A stretch of DNA of 59,708 nt, from the IMG/VR virus record IMGVR_UViG_3300014656_000031, positions 1-59,708 of that record; one strand, given 5' to 3'. The notes beneath the pieces are model-generated. The model saw only the letters and a list, made by a program, of their open reading frames with translations, ran no database searches and had not been told where the DNA came from. Source of the stretch: a virus. Taxonomy: Duplodnaviria > Caudoviricetes. Below, one piece after another: positions 1 to 7,281 of this stretch. Position 1 is the stretch's first letter, and each line of letters starts with the position of its first letter. The translations under genes were made by a program, and so were the position numbers.

Positions 1-12
1 CCAATTTTCTTA

Positions 13-41
13 TTGACATTATACATAGTATTTCATATAAT
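13..41 (+). promoter_or_regulatory. sigma70-type early promoter
   Basis: TTGACA (13-18), 17-bp spacer, TATAAT (36-41); perfect consensus upstream of ORF 63. Confidence 0.85.
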
Positions 42-62
42 AATAAAAATGAAAGGATACCT

Positions 63-347
63 ATGAAGAAAGCAGCCGTTTATTATGTTACAGCAACAGA
101 TATGACACATTTAGGTGGACCAATGGGATCTGAATATACTGTAGATATGTGGACCAAGTATTTTCCTACTGAAGCAAAAGCAAAGAAATTTGCTGAAGAT
201 GATTATAAAAAGCTAACGCGTGCAGGTGTAAAAAAAAGAAAAATTAAATGGGTGTGGGATGAAGAGGTGGAATATTGGTACTCTGGTGATTTGAGTTTTA
301 TTTCCTATTCTGTCGGTAAAATTAAATTAGAAAATGAAAGGAATTAA
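63..347 (+). CDS. hypothetical protein
   Basis: 94-aa ORF with AAGGA RBS behind consensus promoter. Confidence 0.75.
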   Translation: MKKAAVYYVTATDMTHLGGPMGSEYTVDMWTKYFPTEAKAKKFAEDDYKKLTRAGVKKRKIKWVWDEEVEYWYSGDLSFISYSVGKIKLENERN

Positions 348-560
348 ATGAAAATATCTACTATACCTATTTCAATACTTTTCAGTGGGCTTATCTCGAC
401 ATTATTACTTGTCGTATATAAGTCATTTATGTATATTACATCAAAGATGTTTACCCTTGATAATCTGTCTGATGGTAGATTATTCACACTAATGTTAATT
501 AATATAATCATACTTATGCCTATTATAGATAAATTCAACGAAGATAGGTCTTGCAAATGA
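348..560 (+). CDS. small membrane protein
   Basis: 70 aa, two hydrophobic stretches, abuts neighbours. Confidence 0.6.
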   Translation: MKISTIPISILFSGLISTLLLVVYKSFMYITSKMFTLDNLSDGRLFTLMLINIIILMPIIDKFNEDRSCK

Positions 561-883
561 CTAGATTCATAATTGGAAATGTGGTTAAGAACAAAAAACT
601 AAAAAACGATTTATACGTAATTAGTGAAGAAAATGATCTCCACTATACATTGATTTCATTTGATGCAAGTAATGTTACATGTAATGCAAACAATAATAAG
701 ACATTCCGAAAGGATATGTGTGGATGTTTTGTTCATCAAAGATGTCCAAATCCAGACTGTGAAGACTGTAAAGGAACAGGATATATTAAAGTTCAAAACA
801 ATTGGATTGGTGATTACAAGTATGTTGCTGATAATATCAAAGAATATATTATAGATGGGTTATCAAAACCTTTTGATTTGTAA
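557..883 (+). CDS. hypothetical protein with DnaJ-type Cys motif
   Basis: CEDCKGTG motif; ATGA overlap with upstream stop. Confidence 0.65.
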   Translation: MTRFIIGNVVKNKKLKNDLYVISEENDLHYTLISFDASNVTCNANNNKTFRKDMCGCFVHQRCPNPDCEDCKGTGYIKVQNNWIGDYKYVADNIKEYIIDGLSKPFDL

Positions 884-1125
884 TGAAATATCTTGTTCTT
901 AAATTAAATGATAGTATGGCGGTATACGAAGCTATGGAATACGGTAAACTAATACATCATAATGAAATCCACCCTGAACCAAACATTTGTTGGTGGGATC
1001 GATTGTATGGTACTCCAACTTCAATAATTATGTGGTACAATCATAACAAAAAATTCGGATATACGTGGGCATTATACGATTCTATAGAAGAGCTTGGAGA
1101 AAAAGAGTTTGTAAATCTATTATGA
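883..1125 (+). CDS. FVDLL-tail family small protein
   Basis: MKYLV...YDSIEELGEKEFVNLL*. Confidence 0.8.
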   Translation: MKYLVLKLNDSMAVYEAMEYGKLIHHNEIHPEPNICWWDRLYGTPTSIIMWYNHNKKFGYTWALYDSIEELGEKEFVNLL

Positions 1126-1355
1126 AATACGTATTTATTAAATGTCGTAATACTATGTTTATATTACAAAGTAAAACACCACAATCTAAACTAATATGTG
1201 TATATAATGGTTTAGATGTATGTAATAAAAAAACAAAATGGGTACACACTTTAAAACAACTGAAAACAAAAGAAACATGGTTTACATATCTAAAAGAATA
1301 TGATACTATTGAAAATTTAATCACTGAAGAAAATATATTCGCGGAGTTGCTATGA
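1122..1355 (+). CDS. FVDLL-tail family small protein
   Basis: ATGA-coupled start MKYVF...YDTIENLITEENIFAELL*. Confidence 0.8.
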   Translation: MKYVFIKCRNTMFILQSKTPQSKLICVYNGLDVCNKKTKWVHTLKQLKTKETWFTYLKEYDTIENLITEENIFAELL

Positions 1356-1654
1356 AATACTTATTTGTAAGAACACCAAATAATTGGAGGGTATATTCTT
1401 CTAAGATTATTATTTTTAAATCTTCATATCCACGTTCTCATTTGACAATAGTTTGGTCAGAAATAAAATCAGCTTATAGCTATAGACCAGGAACGAAACG
1501 GCATTACACATCTATTGTAAATTCTTCAGACGAATCAGTACAACAAATTGTTGACAATTGGAAATCAAATTTTAGTGACAATGGAATAATTGTTGTTGTT
1601 GAAGCGAAGTCTTTAGAAGAATTGTTAGAAAAATGTTTTGTGGATTTACTATGA
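1352..1654 (+). CDS. FVDLL-tail family small protein
   Basis: MKYLF...KSLEELLEKCFVDLL*. Confidence 0.8.
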   Translation: MKYLFVRTPNNWRVYSSKIIIFKSSYPRSHLTIVWSEIKSAYSYRPGTKRHYTSIVNSSDESVQQIVDNWKSNFSDNGIIVVVEAKSLEELLEKCFVDLL

Positions 1655-1908
1655 AATATATAGTTATAGAATTTGACAATAATCCAAAGCGTAGAAATTT
1701 TTATAAGTATGATAATGAGCAAAATGTTTGTATTATTTTTGAAATGACAGGAGTAAAAGATAGCCGAAAACGTATTGGATCTAAACATCACTGGGATTAT
1801 ACTCGACAAATCAAATACTGGTCAGACCCAGCAGGTCCATGGAAGATAATTGGTATTTATAACACATTTGAAGAATTTATAGAAACACATTTTGTAGATC
1901 TATTATAA
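1651..1908 (+). CDS. FVDLL-tail family small protein
   Basis: MKYIV...YNTFEEFIETHFVDLL*. Confidence 0.8.
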   Translation: MKYIVIEFDNNPKRRNFYKYDNEQNVCIIFEMTGVKDSRKRIGSKHHWDYTRQIKYWSDPAGPWKIIGIYNTFEEFIETHFVDLL

Positions 1909-1909
1909 T

Positions 1910-1985
1910 GCCGTGATAGCACAATTGGTACTGCACGTCTTTCGTAAAGACAAGATTGTCGATTCGAATTCGGCTCACGGCTCCA
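1910..1985 (+). tRNA. tRNA-Thr(CGT)
   Basis: acceptor GCCGTGA/TCACGGC, loop TT-CGT-AA, TTCGAAT T-loop, encoded CCA. Confidence 0.9.
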
Positions 1986-1987
1986 AT

Positions 1988-2061
1988 ACGGGATTAACAT
2001 AATGGAAGTGTGACAGGCCTACACCCTGTTAGTGGGGGTTCAATTCCCTCATCCCGTACCA
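1988..2061 (+). tRNA. tRNA-Val(TAC)
   Basis: acceptor ACGGGAT/ATCCCGT, stem ACAGG/CCTGT, loop CC-TAC-AC, CCA. Confidence 0.85.
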
Positions 2062-2075
2062 TTTTAGTTTTCAAT

Positions 2076-2150
2076 GCCTCTATAATGTAATGTATAGCAT
2101 AATACGCTTCGAACGTATTAGTGTGGGTTAGATTCCTACTAGAGGCACCA
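2076..2150 (+). tRNA. tRNA-Arg(TCG)
   Basis: acceptor GCCTCTA/TAGAGGC, loop CT-TCG-AA, CCA. Confidence 0.88.
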
Positions 2151-2156
2151 TTTTAT

Positions 2157-2229
2157 GTGTTATTGGTGTTCAACGGCAGCACGTCAGGTTTCCACCCTGA
2201 AGGTAGGGATTCAATTTCCCTATAACACT
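2157..2229 (+). tRNA. tRNA-Gly(TCC), no encoded CCA
   Basis: acceptor GTGTTAT/ATAACAC, stem TCAGG/CCTGA, loop TT-TCC-AC. Confidence 0.85.
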
Positions 2230-2238
2230 CTGTTTAAT

Positions 2239-2313
2239 GTGTCTATGGTGATAATAGTAACACGTCTGATTGCCTATCAGAAGATTCCGGGGCAGTTTCG
2301 GATAGACACTCCA
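2239..2313 (+). tRNA. tRNA-Gly(GCC)
   Basis: acceptor GTGTCTA/TAGACAC, loop TT-GCC-TA, atypical T-loop GGCAGTT, CCA. Confidence 0.82.
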
Positions 2314-2320
2314 TTCTATT

Positions 2321-2397
2321 GCCTCCATCGTCTAACGGCTTAGGATATCTGGTTCTCAACCAGAAGATTGCCAGTTCAAACCTGACTGGAGGCACCA
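2321..2397 (+). tRNA. tRNA-Glu(CTC)
   Basis: acceptor GCCTCCA/TGGAGGC, loop TT-CTC-AA, CCA. Confidence 0.88.
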
Positions 2398-2406
2398 TTT
2401 ATTTTA

Positions 2407-2435
2407 TTGCCTTATTAATTAGTTTCCTATATAAT
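2407..2435 (+). promoter_or_regulatory. sigma70-type early promoter
   Basis: TTGCCT-17 bp-TATAAT. Confidence 0.75.
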
Positions 2436-2462
2436 TTTAAAAAATGAAGGATAATAAAAATT

Positions 2463-2734
2463 ATGCCAAATTCTTTAAATAAACCAATTAATTTCAATGA
2501 TATATTTAGTGAAATGTTTGGTGGGGACAATTCTAAATCAAAAGACAATCCAAAGGAAACTATTATTATTGTAAAAGCAAAGAAATTGATGATTATCTTC
2601 GTTCTAAATATCGTGATAAATTAGTAGTTGGTGTATTAGAACCTGATGGTAGTATTCGTGTTATCAAAAACGATATTTCTGAAACTATGACAACTGATGA
2701 ATTTAAAGAAAAGTACTTTGTGGACCTATTATGA
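2463..2734 (+). pseudogene. FVDLL-tail family gene split by a -1 frameshift
   Basis: frame 0 stops at 2624 (53 aa); -1 frame open 2537-2734 reads EIDDYLRSKY...TTDEFKEKYFVDLL*; join near GTA AAA GCA AAG (2571-2582). Confidence 0.75.
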
Positions 2735-2985
2735 ATTATGCAGTTTTTATAAACAATCACAACATGTGTATTGAAATATGGGCTAAAGATGGTCCAAATG
2801 CATGTAAATTGATTGGTCATAATTATTCCTCAAAGATGTACTGGGACTCTAAAAAACAATCACTGGAAGATTGGGTTGATCATATTGAAAAAAATTTTCC
2901 AGGTCGGGATAAAAATGGATTTAAATGTACACGTTATAATACTTTAGAGGAAGTGATGGAACAACACTTTGTGGACCTGTTATAA
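2731..2985 (+). CDS. FVDLL-tail family small protein
   Basis: MNYAVF...YNTLEEVMEQHFVDLL*. Confidence 0.8.
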   Translation: MNYAVFINNHNMCIEIWAKDGPNACKLIGHNYSSKMYWDSKKQSLEDWVDHIEKNFPGRDKNGFKCTRYNTLEEVMEQHFVDLL

Positions 2986-3432
2986 GTTTCTTATAATCCA
3001 TATTTTATATGTTCTTCCAACTGGAATATCATGTAGTCTAGTGTGAATATAGGTTACCTCAACATTATGTTCCTTGAAAAAATTATAAATGTTCCAAGCT
3101 TGCTTCTTTAAGTGATCTTTACTGAATACTTCAATATCACCACTATTATCTCTTTTATCAATACCTAATCTTACAGCGCCATTCTTGAGTGCTAAAGTGT
3201 GTAGCATAAAATTTGGTGAATCTTTTTCACTTTCAGATAATCCGAACTGATCTAAATGATCTCTGATATATTGATCGTGCTTTGCATATTGAACAGGAAT
3301 AATTTGTCCAAACGGAAGCAACCAATAAACAATTTGAGGGGCTGCTCGATATATAGCCTGTTTATACAGATCATTGAATTTGTTAGATATTTCTTCAATA
3401 ATCAATTTGAATAATTTAGTAAAAGAATCCAT
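2980..3432 (-). CDS. hypothetical, putative internal head protein (W-x-x-P-x-G...H...G-x-x-R family)
   Basis: ATAAATA late motif just upstream; N-term MDSFTKLFKLIIEE; paralogous to 4421 and 16363 ORFs. Confidence 0.7.
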   Translation of the reverse strand: MDSFTKLFKLIIEEISNKFNDLYKQAIYRAAPQIVYWLLPFGQIIPVQYAKHDQYIRDHLDQFGLSESEKDSPNFMLHTLALKNGAVRLGIDKRDNSGDIEVFSKDHLKKQAWNIYNFFKEHNVEVTYIHTRLHDIPVGRTYKIWIIRNL

Positions 3433-3484
3433 ATTAATATTTATGCTTTTATGCCGCAGGTTTCGGTAAACACAGGAGTTTAAA

Positions 3485-3560
3485 CGCTAGGAAGTCAAAC
3501 GGCTGAGACTGCTCCCTCATAAGGAGAAAACAGCAAGTTCAATTCTTGCCCTAGCGACCA
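3485..3560 (+). tRNA. tRNA-Met(CAT), elongator or Ile2 type
   Basis: acceptor CGCTAGG/CCTAGCG fully paired, loop CT-CAT-AA, CCA. Confidence 0.85.
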
Positions 3561-3565
3561 ATTTT

Positions 3566-3640
3566 GTCTCTGTAGTGAAATGGATATCACAATAGGCTAC
3601 GAACCTGTAATTCCAGATTCGAATTCTGGCAGAGACGCCA
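3566..3640 (+). tRNA. tRNA-Arg(ACG)
   Basis: acceptor GTCTCTG/CAGAGAC, loop CT-ACG-AA, CCA. Confidence 0.9.
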
Positions 3641-3643
3641 TTT

Positions 3644-3698
3644 AGCCACTCCAACATCTTGACCCGTATGTTGGGGAAGAGGCTTAAATAAACGGGTC
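3644..3698 (+). ncRNA. candidate H-type pseudoknot RNA between tRNAs
   Basis: stem CTCCAACAT/ATGTTGGGG; loop GACCCGT (3661-3667) complementary to ACGGGTC (3692-3698). Confidence 0.55.
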
Positions 3699-3703
3699 CT
3701 TTT

Positions 3704-3778
3704 GCTCTTATGATGTAATGGATAGCATAAAAGTTTCCTGAACTTTTTGTACAGGTTCAAATCCTGTTTGGAGCACCA
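3704..3778 (+). tRNA. tRNA-Arg(CCT)
   Basis: stem AAAGT/ACTTT, loop TT-CCT-GA, GGTTCAAATCC T-arm, CCA. Confidence 0.85.
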
Positions 3779-3781
3779 ATC

Positions 3782-3855
3782 GCCCGTTTCGTTTAAAAGT
3801 AGGACGAGTCCTTGGTGAGGATTAAATTTGGGAGCGTTACCCAAAACGGGCTCCA
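3782..3855 (+). tRNA. tRNA-Thr(GGT)
   Basis: acceptor GCCCGTT/AACGGGC, loop TT-GGT-GA, atypical T-loop AGCGTTA, CCA. Confidence 0.8.
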
Positions 3856-3903
3856 TTTTAGATAAATATTTTAAAAGATATCATTTTAGATAAATATTTA
3901 AAA
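3855..3903 (+). repeat. tandem duplication of a late-promoter motif
   Basis: two near-identical copies of TTTTAGATAAATATTT(T)AAAA. Confidence 0.6.
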
Positions 3904-4094
3904 TGACATCTTTTAAAGAATATTTTGAAACACCAAACGATTTATGGATTGATTCAATACCAGAAGAACCCTATGATCCGTGTCCTTGTGGTTGTGGAAT
4001 GAAATGGAGATTCGTAGTTAAAGGTGGGGAAAAAGTTATTGCAGATCATGAAAAAAGATTTATTGAAAAAATGAAGGAACAATCACATGAATAA
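3903..4094 (+). CDS. small protein with SEC-C-like motif
   Basis: DPCPCGCGMKW; N-term MTSFKEYFE. Confidence 0.7.
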   Translation: MTSFKEYFETPNDLWIDSIPEEPYDPCPCGCGMKWRFVVKGGEKVIADHEKRFIEKMKEQSHE

Positions 4095-4434
4095 AGATGA
4101 CAAACTAATATTCGAATCATATTTTAATAAAAACAATGGTATTCCTGTGCACGTGGAATTAAACAAAATTTTACAAATTTTACAAAATTCAAAAACTGAA
4201 AGAGAAGCTAATGAATCAATGTTAACTGTGATACACGATGGCAAGCTTAGCGAAGATGCATTTTTAGAATATTTAGAAATAACACAAGTGACTGCTTATG
4301 ATGCCATGAAGGAGGCACTTACAGAAGAAGAAGAACCTAGTTTAGAAAATGAACCAGAGAAAATGTCTACTGTGGATAAAGAAATAGACCAATTATCTAT
4401 ACGTTCGTTTGAGAAAAATAATGCCAACATTTAA
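4087..4434 (+). CDS. acidic hypothetical, putative internal head protein
   Basis: N-term DDKLIFESY shared with 7528, 51917 and 52809 ORFs. Confidence 0.7.
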   Translation: MNKDDKLIFESYFNKNNGIPVHVELNKILQILQNSKTEREANESMLTVIHDGKLSEDAFLEYLEITQVTAYDAMKEALTEEEEPSLENEPEKMSTVDKEIDQLSIRSFEKNNANI

Positions 4435-4825
4435 GGACTATTTTAAAATGCATTTTGGCAAAATTGACAGAGCAGGATATTTTTGGATTATGCCAAACGG
4501 CGAAGTTATTGATGTGTCAGCTTCTACACATATGAATTATGCTAGGGCACACCCAGAAAAATTTAGAGTTCCAGCAAGCTATTTTGACGGAACAGAACCT
4601 CAACTTACAGCATTATTAAAATCTGGAGCTATTCGAGTAGGTACTCTTGATTATAAACTGTCTGCAGATGTTTCTTATTATACTTTCACTGATTTAAAAA
4701 GACAAGCTAGAAAAATATACGAACTTTTTTCCCATACTAAATTTGAAAAAATTCATTTACATAGATTTGAAGAACCTGTCAAAAATCTTGAAATTTCACT
4801 TGACAGGATTAAAGAATTATATTAA
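4421..4825 (+). CDS. hypothetical, W-x-x-P-x-G...H...G-x-x-R family
   Basis: MPTFKDYFK start; FWIMPNGEVI..H..LLKSGAIRVG. Confidence 0.7.
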   Translation: MPTFKDYFKMHFGKIDRAGYFWIMPNGEVIDVSASTHMNYARAHPEKFRVPASYFDGTEPQLTALLKSGAIRVGTLDYKLSADVSYYTFTDLKRQARKIYELFSHTKFEKIHLHRFEEPVKNLEISLDRIKELY

Positions 4826-4838
4826 TATATATAAAGAT

Positions 4839-4913
4839 AGCGGGGTACACTGGAGAGTCCAGGGATGGTCTCATAAGCCATCGACGCTGATTGCAAAACA
4901 GCTCCCGCCACCA
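4839..4913 (+). tRNA. atypical initiator-like tRNA-Met(CAT)
   Basis: A1:C72 mismatch, GCGGGG/TCCCGC acceptor, loop CT-CAT-AA, degenerate T-arm, CCA. Confidence 0.75.
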
Positions 4914-4939
4914 ATTTCAAAAGGATATTAAACAACTAT

Positions 4940-5017
4940 TGGCGCATAGAGTAATGGTAGCTCCCCAGACTTTGAATCTGGATGGTTGTGTTGGTTCAAC
5001 TCCAACTGCGCCAACCA
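4940..5017 (+). tRNA. tRNA-Gln(TTG)
   Basis: acceptor TGGCGCA/TGCGCCA, loop CT-TTG-AA, CCA. Confidence 0.88.
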
Positions 5018-5035
5018 TTTCCTTTTAATTTTAAT

Positions 5036-5124
5036 GCCAACGTCGGTTAGTGGCTATACCAGCAGATTTGTAATCTGCCATGTCGAAAGACATACCGGGA
5101 GTTCAAGTCTCTCCGTTGGCTCCA
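5036..5124 (+). tRNA. tRNA-Thr(TGT) with long variable arm
   Basis: acceptor GCCAACG/CGTTGGC + T73, loop TT-TGT-AA, V-arm ATGTC-GAAA-GACAT, CCA. Confidence 0.8.
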
Positions 5125-5136
5125 TTTAGTTTCTTC

Positions 5137-5165
5137 TTGACTTTCTCAAAGGTTTCATATATAAT
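5137..5165 (+). promoter_or_regulatory. sigma70-type early promoter
   Basis: TTGACT-17 bp-TATAAT. Confidence 0.8.
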
Positions 5166-5209
5166 TTAATTATAATAATTAAAAGCCATTACATGTTTGT
5201 AGGTTTACT

Positions 5210-5569
5210 ATGAAAATCTGTGTTTTATCACAAGAGCAACTTAAAACTTTTATTGAGATAAGAGATGATCATAAATATGGAAAATCATTTGAATATACAC
5301 ATTTTGCAGGACCTTTTCCACCAATAAACAACACTCCTTCTTGTTCTACTACACCAGAAAATATAAAAATGATGGAATTATATTATAAAGTTAAAAATGC
5401 AGATTTGGTTGTTGTTGATTGGGATGGAAAGAATTTTAGAGTTTTTAAAGATTGGGGTATATGTACAGTAGTAGAAGATACACGAGGACGGGTTCCGAAT
5501 GTGTGGAACCATGGAGATTTGATTAAAAAAGAAGAACTAGTAGAACAATATTTTGAAGAATTTTTATGA
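5210..5569 (+). CDS. FVDLL-tail family protein (variant)
   Basis: ends KKEELVEQYFEEFL*. Confidence 0.75.
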   Translation: MKICVLSQEQLKTFIEIRDDHKYGKSFEYTHFAGPFPPINNTPSCSTTPENIKMMELYYKVKNADLVVVDWDGKNFRVFKDWGICTVVEDTRGRVPNVWNHGDLIKKEELVEQYFEEFL

Positions 5570-6102
5570 AAAAAACTAAAGATATAACTAAGTACAACAT
5601 TAAATGGCAAATTTTACGGGCTAAAATTAAAGGCCCTGGTTATTCACTAAATGAGAAACTAACTGCTGTAGAAAAATATTTCAGAGAAGAACAGACCATA
5701 GATGCTTATGAAAGAGTATTAAACTTCTTAGAAGGTCTACAAAAAGGATATATAGGCAAAAATCCAAAGGCAGCAGAAATCGTAGAAAGCGAAATCAGTG
5801 AATGGCGACATTTTGATTCCACTAGAATGAAAAAAGAATCATCTATAATTCCTACCACAGATGAAATATTAGAATATTCATTTGGTGAAAGATTTCTTCT
5901 TTGGAAAGACTTATTTAAACGCAATCAAAAATGGTTAGAAAAAGGATATAACCAAAAAGAATTAAACAATTTCATGGATTTGTTATATAAAGCCTTTCAA
6001 GATAACAAAGAAGACGTGGGAGAAAATTATTCCTACAAAAAATTACAACAACTTCGAAAAAGTGCAGAATCTATAGAAAATACACATAAATTTTTCTTTT
6101 AA
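5566..6102 (+). CDS. hypothetical protein
   Basis: 178-aa ORF, ATGA-coupled. Confidence 0.75.
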   Translation: MKKTKDITKYNIKWQILRAKIKGPGYSLNEKLTAVEKYFREEQTIDAYERVLNFLEGLQKGYIGKNPKAAEIVESEISEWRHFDSTRMKKESSIIPTTDEILEYSFGERFLLWKDLFKRNQKWLEKGYNQKELNNFMDLLYKAFQDNKEDVGENYSYKKLQQLRKSAESIENTHKFFF

Positions 6103-6109
6103 TTAATCA

Positions 6110-6138
6110 TTGCCTTATAATAAATTTTATGGTAATAT
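6110..6138 (+). promoter_or_regulatory. sigma70-type promoter for the ncRNA
   Basis: TTGCCT-17 bp-TAATAT with TG extension. Confidence 0.6.
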
Positions 6139-6174
6139 ATTAAAAGATAAGTAAACGTTCTTTAAAAATAAAAT

Positions 6175-6460
6175 AACAGTGACTGAATAAGAGGTAGCCA
6201 GCCTCTAAGGTGTTAGCGACGATGAAGAATCTAGCTAGCTAGTAGGCCTGTGAAGCGTAAACCTGAAAAAGCGAGAGTTGGTCAACTCTTAGCTTCGTAA
6301 GAACGGGACAAATCGTAATATAAATCATTATGATGGCTGTATCCTGTTGAAGGTAAACAATCCTTCCATTCGTTAAGCGTTTGTCTGATCAACAACGTGA
6401 ATGTGGGTGAATGAACGTGTACAGAACTGAATTTATGGGTAGTCATGAATCCCATCTATT
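6175..6460 (+). ncRNA. large structured ncRNA candidate (ROOL/GOLLD-like context, class unassigned)
   Basis: ORF-free, GC-richer than flanks, at least six hairpins, long-range GTGACT/AGTCAT pairing, own promoter and terminator, within a tRNA cluster. Confidence 0.7.
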
Positions 6461-6468
6461 ATTTTTTT

Positions 6469-6502
6469 ACCCAGGATAATTAAACTTTATCCTGGGTTTT
6501 TT
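6469..6502 (+). terminator. rho-independent terminator
   Basis: ACCCAGGATAA/TTATCCTGGGT stem followed by T-run. Confidence 0.85.
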
Positions 6503-6509
6503 GTTTAAT

Positions 6510-6593
6510 GCCCTCGTAGCCGACCCGAGCTTCTAACTCGCGGAACCGTAATTGGAGCTGAAATTGCAGGTTCGAATCCTGCTGAGGGCGCCA
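6510..6593 (+). tRNA. rearranged tRNA-Arg(TCT)-like gene lacking a normal D-arm
   Basis: acceptor GCCCTCG/TGAGGGC+GCCA, perfect T-arm GCAGG-TTCGAAT-CCTGC, loop CT-TCT-AA, only 8 nt between acceptor and anticodon stem. Confidence 0.7.
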
Positions 6594-6602
6594 TTGTTTT
6601 CC

Positions 6603-6630
6603 TTGTCTTCTCCCTTGGTTCATATATAAT
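6603..6630 (+). promoter_or_regulatory. sigma70-type early promoter
   Basis: TTGTCT-16 bp-TATAAT, ATG at 6637. Confidence 0.6.
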
Positions 6631-6636
6631 TATAAT

Positions 6637-7281
6637 ATGAAAAACTTAAAATTCTATGTACAGCAACATTCGACAAGAATATCTCCTGGAAATTATCAAC
6701 TAGGTACAAAAATTCAAATACCCTATAGAGACTTTTGTGGGTATATTAAAACCTCTGCAAAATTAATGGGGTCTGATTGGATAAAACAAATTACGCAAAC
6801 TGAATTGCAAATACAACAAGTTATTAAGCGATGGTGTAATGCTTATGTTTCTACAGAAATTAAAGGGCAGCATATTCCTGTGATTGATTGGGATGGGGCA
6901 TTACACGATAAAAACCTCCCAGTATTAAAACATTTAGATGAAAATAATATTGGATATGTAATTTTTCACAGTACAACTGATTTAAGATACTGGATATTTA
7001 TTGACCAATTAGGAACTCATACACAATGCATTAAACTTATGGGCGATTGCCGAAATAAATACTCTGCTGGAGATCCATCCTATATCCATTATCAATCTCA
7101 AACTAAAAATATCGTAGTTAGAGCCTACCCCAAATTTATGGATATCCCTTCTCTTTTCATGTCCAGCGATCCCACAAAATACACCAAAAATTTCAAATTA
7201 TGGATAGACAGTTTTAATCAGTATTGGAAAGAACCACATATTCAAGAAGTAGTAGATCATTTCTTTGTGGAAAGCTTATGA
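6637..7281 (+). CDS. hypothetical, possible primase-polymerase-like fold, with FVDLL-type tail
   Basis: PVIDWD (DxD) and YVIFHST motifs; ends QEVVDHFFVESL*. Confidence 0.6.
   Translation: MKNLKFYVQQHSTRISPGNYQLGTKIQIPYRDFCGYIKTSAKLMGSDWIKQITQTELQIQQVIKRWCNAYVSTEIKGQHIPVIDWDGALHDKNLPVLKHLDENNIGYVIFHSTTDLRYWIFIDQLGTHTQCIKLMGDCRNKYSAGDPSYIHYQSQTKNIVVRAYPKFMDIPSLFMSSDPTKYTKNFKLWIDSFNQYWKEPHIQEVVDHFFVESL

Noticed and set aside
3644-3698. HDV-like (theta) ribozyme or preQ1 riboswitch
   Set aside because: Could not place P3/P1.1 or a catalytic C in HDV order, and no riboswitch consensus; left unassigned.
2155-4931. ORF-track entries 2155-2343, 3587-3856 and 4743-4931
   Set aside because: They overlap clear tRNA genes; spurious.
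5036-5124. Calling this long-arm tRNA Tyr(GTA)
   Set aside because: The 7-nt loop centres TGT, and acceptor and discriminator match the other Thr genes.
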